Assembly (NCBI GenBank): GCA_003971905.1
Contig: RSEE01000027.1
Location: 682,001 to 725,112, forward strand
Origin: Moniliella sp. 'wahieum'
Lineage: Eukaryota
Direction: 5' to 3'
Length of the DNA: 43,112 nt
Within the stretch, counting starts at the first letter, position 1. Every line of letters begins with the position of its first letter. Shown in pieces: positions 39,101 to 43,112 of this stretch. A program made the translations under genes and the position numbers. The notes beneath the pieces were generated by a model. The model worked only from the letters and a program-made list of their open reading frames with translations, had not been told where the DNA came from and did no database searches.

Positions 39101-40357
39101 CGACGACCGGGCGACCGGGGCGGGGTCGGGATTGGTAAGCGTCAACCGGGTGCTAAAGGTACGGCAAATGCACGTGGGCGAATAGCAGGGCCGCTCTGAG
39201 TAGTTTGACGTGGGACAGGACGGGCATAGCACGAAGCCAGTTGAGGGAACACGGAGCGAGGAACGTACTCGGGCTCGCCACGCTCGCTGTCCAACAAAGA
39301 AGAAAAATTGACCCAGGTCCGCCAACTTCCATTGATCCTCGGGTGGCTGTGCGGCGGCACCATCCACGGCAGCGGAGCGCGCAGAAAGCCTGCGGCATAC
39401 AGATGATCCAGGATCTGACGCCCATCGCTCGCACATGGATACACTAGGAACTGCGCCTGAAGTCGGTCCGCCAGCAGCGCCGCCCACATGCGTACCACTT
39501 GCTCCACCACCGCCGGGTCGTGGGCGTCAACGGGAGCTTGGGCCAAGGGCAAAGCAGTCCCACAAACGCCGACACGTCCAGGAGCGCGCGCGCGGGCGCA
39601 CACCCCAGCACGTCTTGCATGCTCGGGCGAATGGCAGTGGCAATGCAATAGGCCAGTTCGACCGGCGTGAAGATGGTGGACGAGTCGAGCTTGCACGCAA
39701 CGACGACAAGCCATTCGGCAATGGTGGATAGCGGGCCGGCGCAACCGGAACGCTCACTTGATCACTCGCGGGGAGTGGGGCGGTGGGGCACGAGGCGGGG
39801 CGGGCGGGGAGGCGGACGCAGCGAGTGGATGGGATGCTGACAGGCGGGGAGACAGGGGGGCACTCCCGATGGCTGGGGGGCGAGTGGGAAGGTAACGGAG
39901 GCGGGGACAGCGCCTGAGACGGGAGCGCAGCGCAAGGGGAGCGCAATGGGGGTGGGGGGCAAGATGAAGCGGATCTGCTCGGTGGCGGACAGCGGTCGCA
40001 GGCCGGGGGGGGCGGGGGGCACCGGGAGGGGGCGTGGGACGGGGGGAGGGGGGAGGGGCGGAGGAGGAGGGCGGCAGTGGAGGAGGAGGAGGAGGGGCTC
40101 AGCCGGGCAGGAGGGCGCGGTGGGCCAAGCGGAGGGGTGGGGCAGGGGGCGGTGCATGGTGGAGGCGGGCAGCCATCGGAGCGTGGCGGGGCGATGGCGG
40201 GTGGGGGTGGGGGCGATGCGGGTGCTCGGCTGCGATGTTGGGTTAAGTCCTCGGACGGAGGATGGAGTACTCTGTGCCCATGGCTGGCTGGACGTTGAGA
40301 GTTACCAGTAGGTGTACTCGCGTGCTGCAGGGGCTGCGCGTGGGCCGCCGCGCCCAC
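36143..40357 (-). CDS. Rho guanine-nucleotide exchange factor, Rom/Tus1-type (DH-PH plus C-terminal CNH)
   Basis: Pro-rich N-terminus; PCYSPTC motif; DH start WEQLESAEINRQNQMYELIQT; PH-like PKPIPLELLVLGTFSDAP; CNH-like LLLLIDSQLSVYPLDAV and LEVRHATSGELVQVV. Heavily frameshifted; ends approximate. Confidence 0.75.
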
Positions 40358-41896
40358 ACTGCCCGCGTGCCGCTGCGCGCATCACACAGCAGAGCGCGGG
40401 GGCCGTGCTATCGCCACACTGGCGCCCAGCCTCTGCTCCACGCTGCCCCGGCCAGCTTGAAGCTTGAGGCCTCGCGAGCGTCCGGAGGCGTCCGGAGGCG
40501 TCAGCTCCCAGCACGCCAGTGTCCACACGCCCGTGTCGGCCAGTAAAGAAGGCCAGTGCCTGCCAGTGCCTGGCCCCGCACGACCGTGATGTCATCCTCG
40601 CCACCGTATCACCCATGCTGATGCCAGGCACCGCAGCTAGTCGCTGCTAACGCGAACTCTCCCCCCTCATCCGGCTAAAGTGCTTGCTGATACCATTTGC
40701 CACACACCCTATATATGTGGTCCTTTCGTCTTCCGGCTGGTTGAATGGCCAACCACACCGCCGTCTCCTCGCTTGCCCTTGCGGCAGCCGCCCCTCCGTG
40801 CTCCTCTGCCCCCCGTTCTTCCTCCATACTGCGTTGTTTCCCTTTCGTCCTTGGTGTCTTCCCCTCCTGTCCTCGCCAGTTACTCCCGTACAGCAGCCTC
40901 GTCTCCCCTTGTTGACCGCGCCACCTCTCTATCCGTTCTCGTCTCTCAGCTCCTCAGCCAAGTCCCAGTCAAGGTTCAAGTCGCATCGTTCATCCTAATC
41001 CAACCACGTCGAATCACAAGTCCTATTAAGTCCAGTCCCAACTCTACTGGCAGAGGCTTTGGATGTCCCTCCCCGCTGCTACTTGCTACTTTCCCGTCCC
41101 CGAGCCCAGAAGACTTCAAACGCGTGACTACTGCAAACACCTGTGCGTACGATGCCTTGCCACACCTACCAGCAGCCACCCCCTTCAGCACACCGAGAGT
41201 CCATTCCTTTTGTCCCTAGTAGCTCCGCGTATAGGATCCACTCTCCAGCTCAAGCAAGCAAATATCGTGAGTCAACCTTTGGACCTCCATGAATGTATTG
41301 TACCCCTTACACCTCCCTGGCGGGCCCGCCGTGCCTCCTTTTTCCTTCCCTTGCCGAGCCGACTTGCTGGAATTAATGGCCCCGACTAACACCAAGGGGT
41401 AGGGCGTTCAGCCTCAGCACTGATACGATCACAGAGGCGAACATCTACCAAGAACTGAGTGTAAGGATGTCGGTCGTGTAGAAAACGGAAACGGTGGCAG
41501 GCAACGCAGTACGTGACCCTAATGCCAGCGTTAAAGATACAGAACAGATACAGAGCGCCTGTCTAGGGCAACTGCCGTGATACATGACCGTCATGCATTA
41601 TCATCACGACATGTACGCGTCACACAACATTGTTGCTCGAACGTGTCCTACCGTGCCCCCCCTCCCCCCCCACCACCGCCATCCCACGAACCGCGCAGGC
41701 CTCCTCCACCTCATCGTTTTTCGCTGGCGCTTTCGGCCGTCTTGGCAGCACTGTTGAATTTGGAGAAGGGCAAGCCCTGCCTCTACTTCAGGGTCTCCTC
41801 CTCGGGCCGCCTGTCCCGCCTTGGGCTCCCTGCGTGCAGCCAGCCCCCTTCCCCCGATAGCAGCGGTCTCTCGCCCTTCTCCTTGCTGCCGGCTGA

Positions 41897-42646
41897 CTCG
41901 GCCTCGCCCGGATCGCCATCAACGCCCCCGCTTGCGGCGGCCGTCCTTCTGCTCATCATTTCAACCTAGATTGTCCTGCGTCCCCGATTGGCCCGCGTCC
42001 GCATCACCCATTCGGCCGTCAGAGTCTGATATGTGCCCTTCCATTCCCGCCTGACGGCCATGCACCAGCTTTGACCCTCTGCCTGCCTTCGACGGCTGCT
42101 ATATCTGCTCGGCTTGATCGACATCCACCTCGACCTCCCGTGACGCCCGCAGACACGCTCGCGTCTGCCTGCTCCTCAAGGGCCATGTTGCTGCCTCGAC
42201 TTCGTGATCCCATTCATTTTTTGTCCGCGCTGCCCTCGAAGGGATCACAACCTGGAGAAATGTCCTCGTCTTCAATTGCTCTTCTGCCGCGATTGTCAGT
42301 ATTTTGTCTCCGAAAAAGGCCAGCAGTTGCCGCCGTGGATTGCGACGCCTTCCCTGCCCCTCTCGCCTTGATCCACCTACCGACAGCGGCGGCACAACGT
42401 CCGAGGCCCTCATCCCCCAGAGCCGAACGAGTCACACGGAGACGCGCAAGGGAGCGGCAGCAATCAGACGATTTGCTGACCCCCCTCTGTCTCCAAGGTC
42501 ATCCTCCGAGGCGTCCCAGGGTCCAAGATAGAGTCGGATTTCGCAAAACGGGGATGCCCCCGAGGCTTCAAGCTCTCATCCCGGCCTGGGTGCCATGCCG
42601 TGCGATGCCATGCATGTGGACCATGGGTTCAATTGATCTGTACTAA
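41897..42646 (+). CDS. Degenerate or frameshifted CCHC zinc-knuckle-containing ORF (cellular protein or retroelement relic)
   Basis: 42222-42263 encodes CPRCPRRDHNLEKC, an exact C-X2-C-X4-H-X4-C. Partial knuckle-like motifs occur in neighbouring frames (HFNLDCP 41957, CLLLKGHV 42166, CLQGHP about 42488). Confidence 0.4.
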   Translation, partial: LGLARIAINAPACGGRPSAHHFNLDCPASPIGPRPHHPFGRQSLICALPFPPDGHAPALTLCLPSTAAISARLDRHPPRPPVTPADTLASACSSRAMLLPRLRDPIHFLSALPSKGSQPGEMSSSSIALLPRLSVFCLRKRPAVAAVDCDAFPAPLALIHLPTAAAQRPRPSSPRAERVTRRRARERQQSDDLLTPLCLQGHPPRRPRVQDRVGFRKTGMPPRLQALIPAWVPCRAMPCMWTMGSIDLY

Positions 42647-43112
42647 ATCTGAATGCATACGTGCATAGCATAGCAGCAAGAGATAGAGATGAAGCAAGGT
42701 TAGTAGAAAGAAATGCCCTGAAGGCAAACGGACGCAGGATGGGTGAGGGCTGGGTCATTTGGCGGATGGTATGGGCCCCAGACTCCAAGCTGTGCCCCAC
42801 GTGGCGGCGGCCGTCGACCGGCTCAACCTGATTTGAGAACATGCGAGCAATGGAGGGTCCAAGAGGGGGATGAAGGGAATGAGAGTTCACGCGGGCTTTC
42901 CTCTTGGCTCGACTTGGAAGATAGGCAATGCGGGGCAGGCGAGTGAGCCAACACTTCTCTTCAATGTGGAGATACGTATCTCCCCTTCGGTATGCCCTTG
43001 TCGAAGCCACGTCGCAGTGGCGATCCATAGGGGCTTTGATTTGACTGTTGGTGCACGATCACCGCCTTGTTTAATGGTGTGGTTGGGCTTCGAATTGAGT
43101 TGGATTGTGGGA

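Noticed and set aside
40680..41600. Short ORFs and a GTGAGT..GACTAAC..AG intron-like signal
   Set aside because: No recognisable protein could be assembled; insufficient support.

Overview
GC-rich, intron-poor eukaryotic DNA. The gene content and GT..CTRAC..AG introns point to a basidiomycete fungus, probably Ustilaginomycotina (inferred, not searched). Almost every gene is broken by 1-2 nt indels, most likely unpolished long-read errors, so the ORF track fragments real genes. Reassembled by eye, the window holds: POP1 (3' part), a long disordered protein with a C-terminal MDR/GroES-like domain, HAL2/MET22, a CCDC97-like protein, a glycine-rich RRM protein, a membrane-anchored AA5 copper radical oxidase, a PA-TM-RING E3 ligase, intron-containing tRNA-Leu(TAG), a GH5 glucanase, an Rpn4-like C2H2 factor, intron-containing tRNA-Val(CAC), a GT4 glycosyltransferase, SCS2/VAP, a large hypothetical protein, a Rom-type RhoGEF-CNH protein and a degenerate CCHC zinc-knuckle ORF. 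The most unusual signal is non-coding. Intergenic DNA carries many short arrays with a 7-nt register, built as TNA plus a 4-nt palindrome whose sequence varies from site to site. They are densest in the gene-free 17.2-20 kb block, which also holds a 334-bp tandem duplication whose copies differ by whole heptamers. This suggests a recurrent site-directed cut-and-repair or transposon-footprint process (hypothesis).
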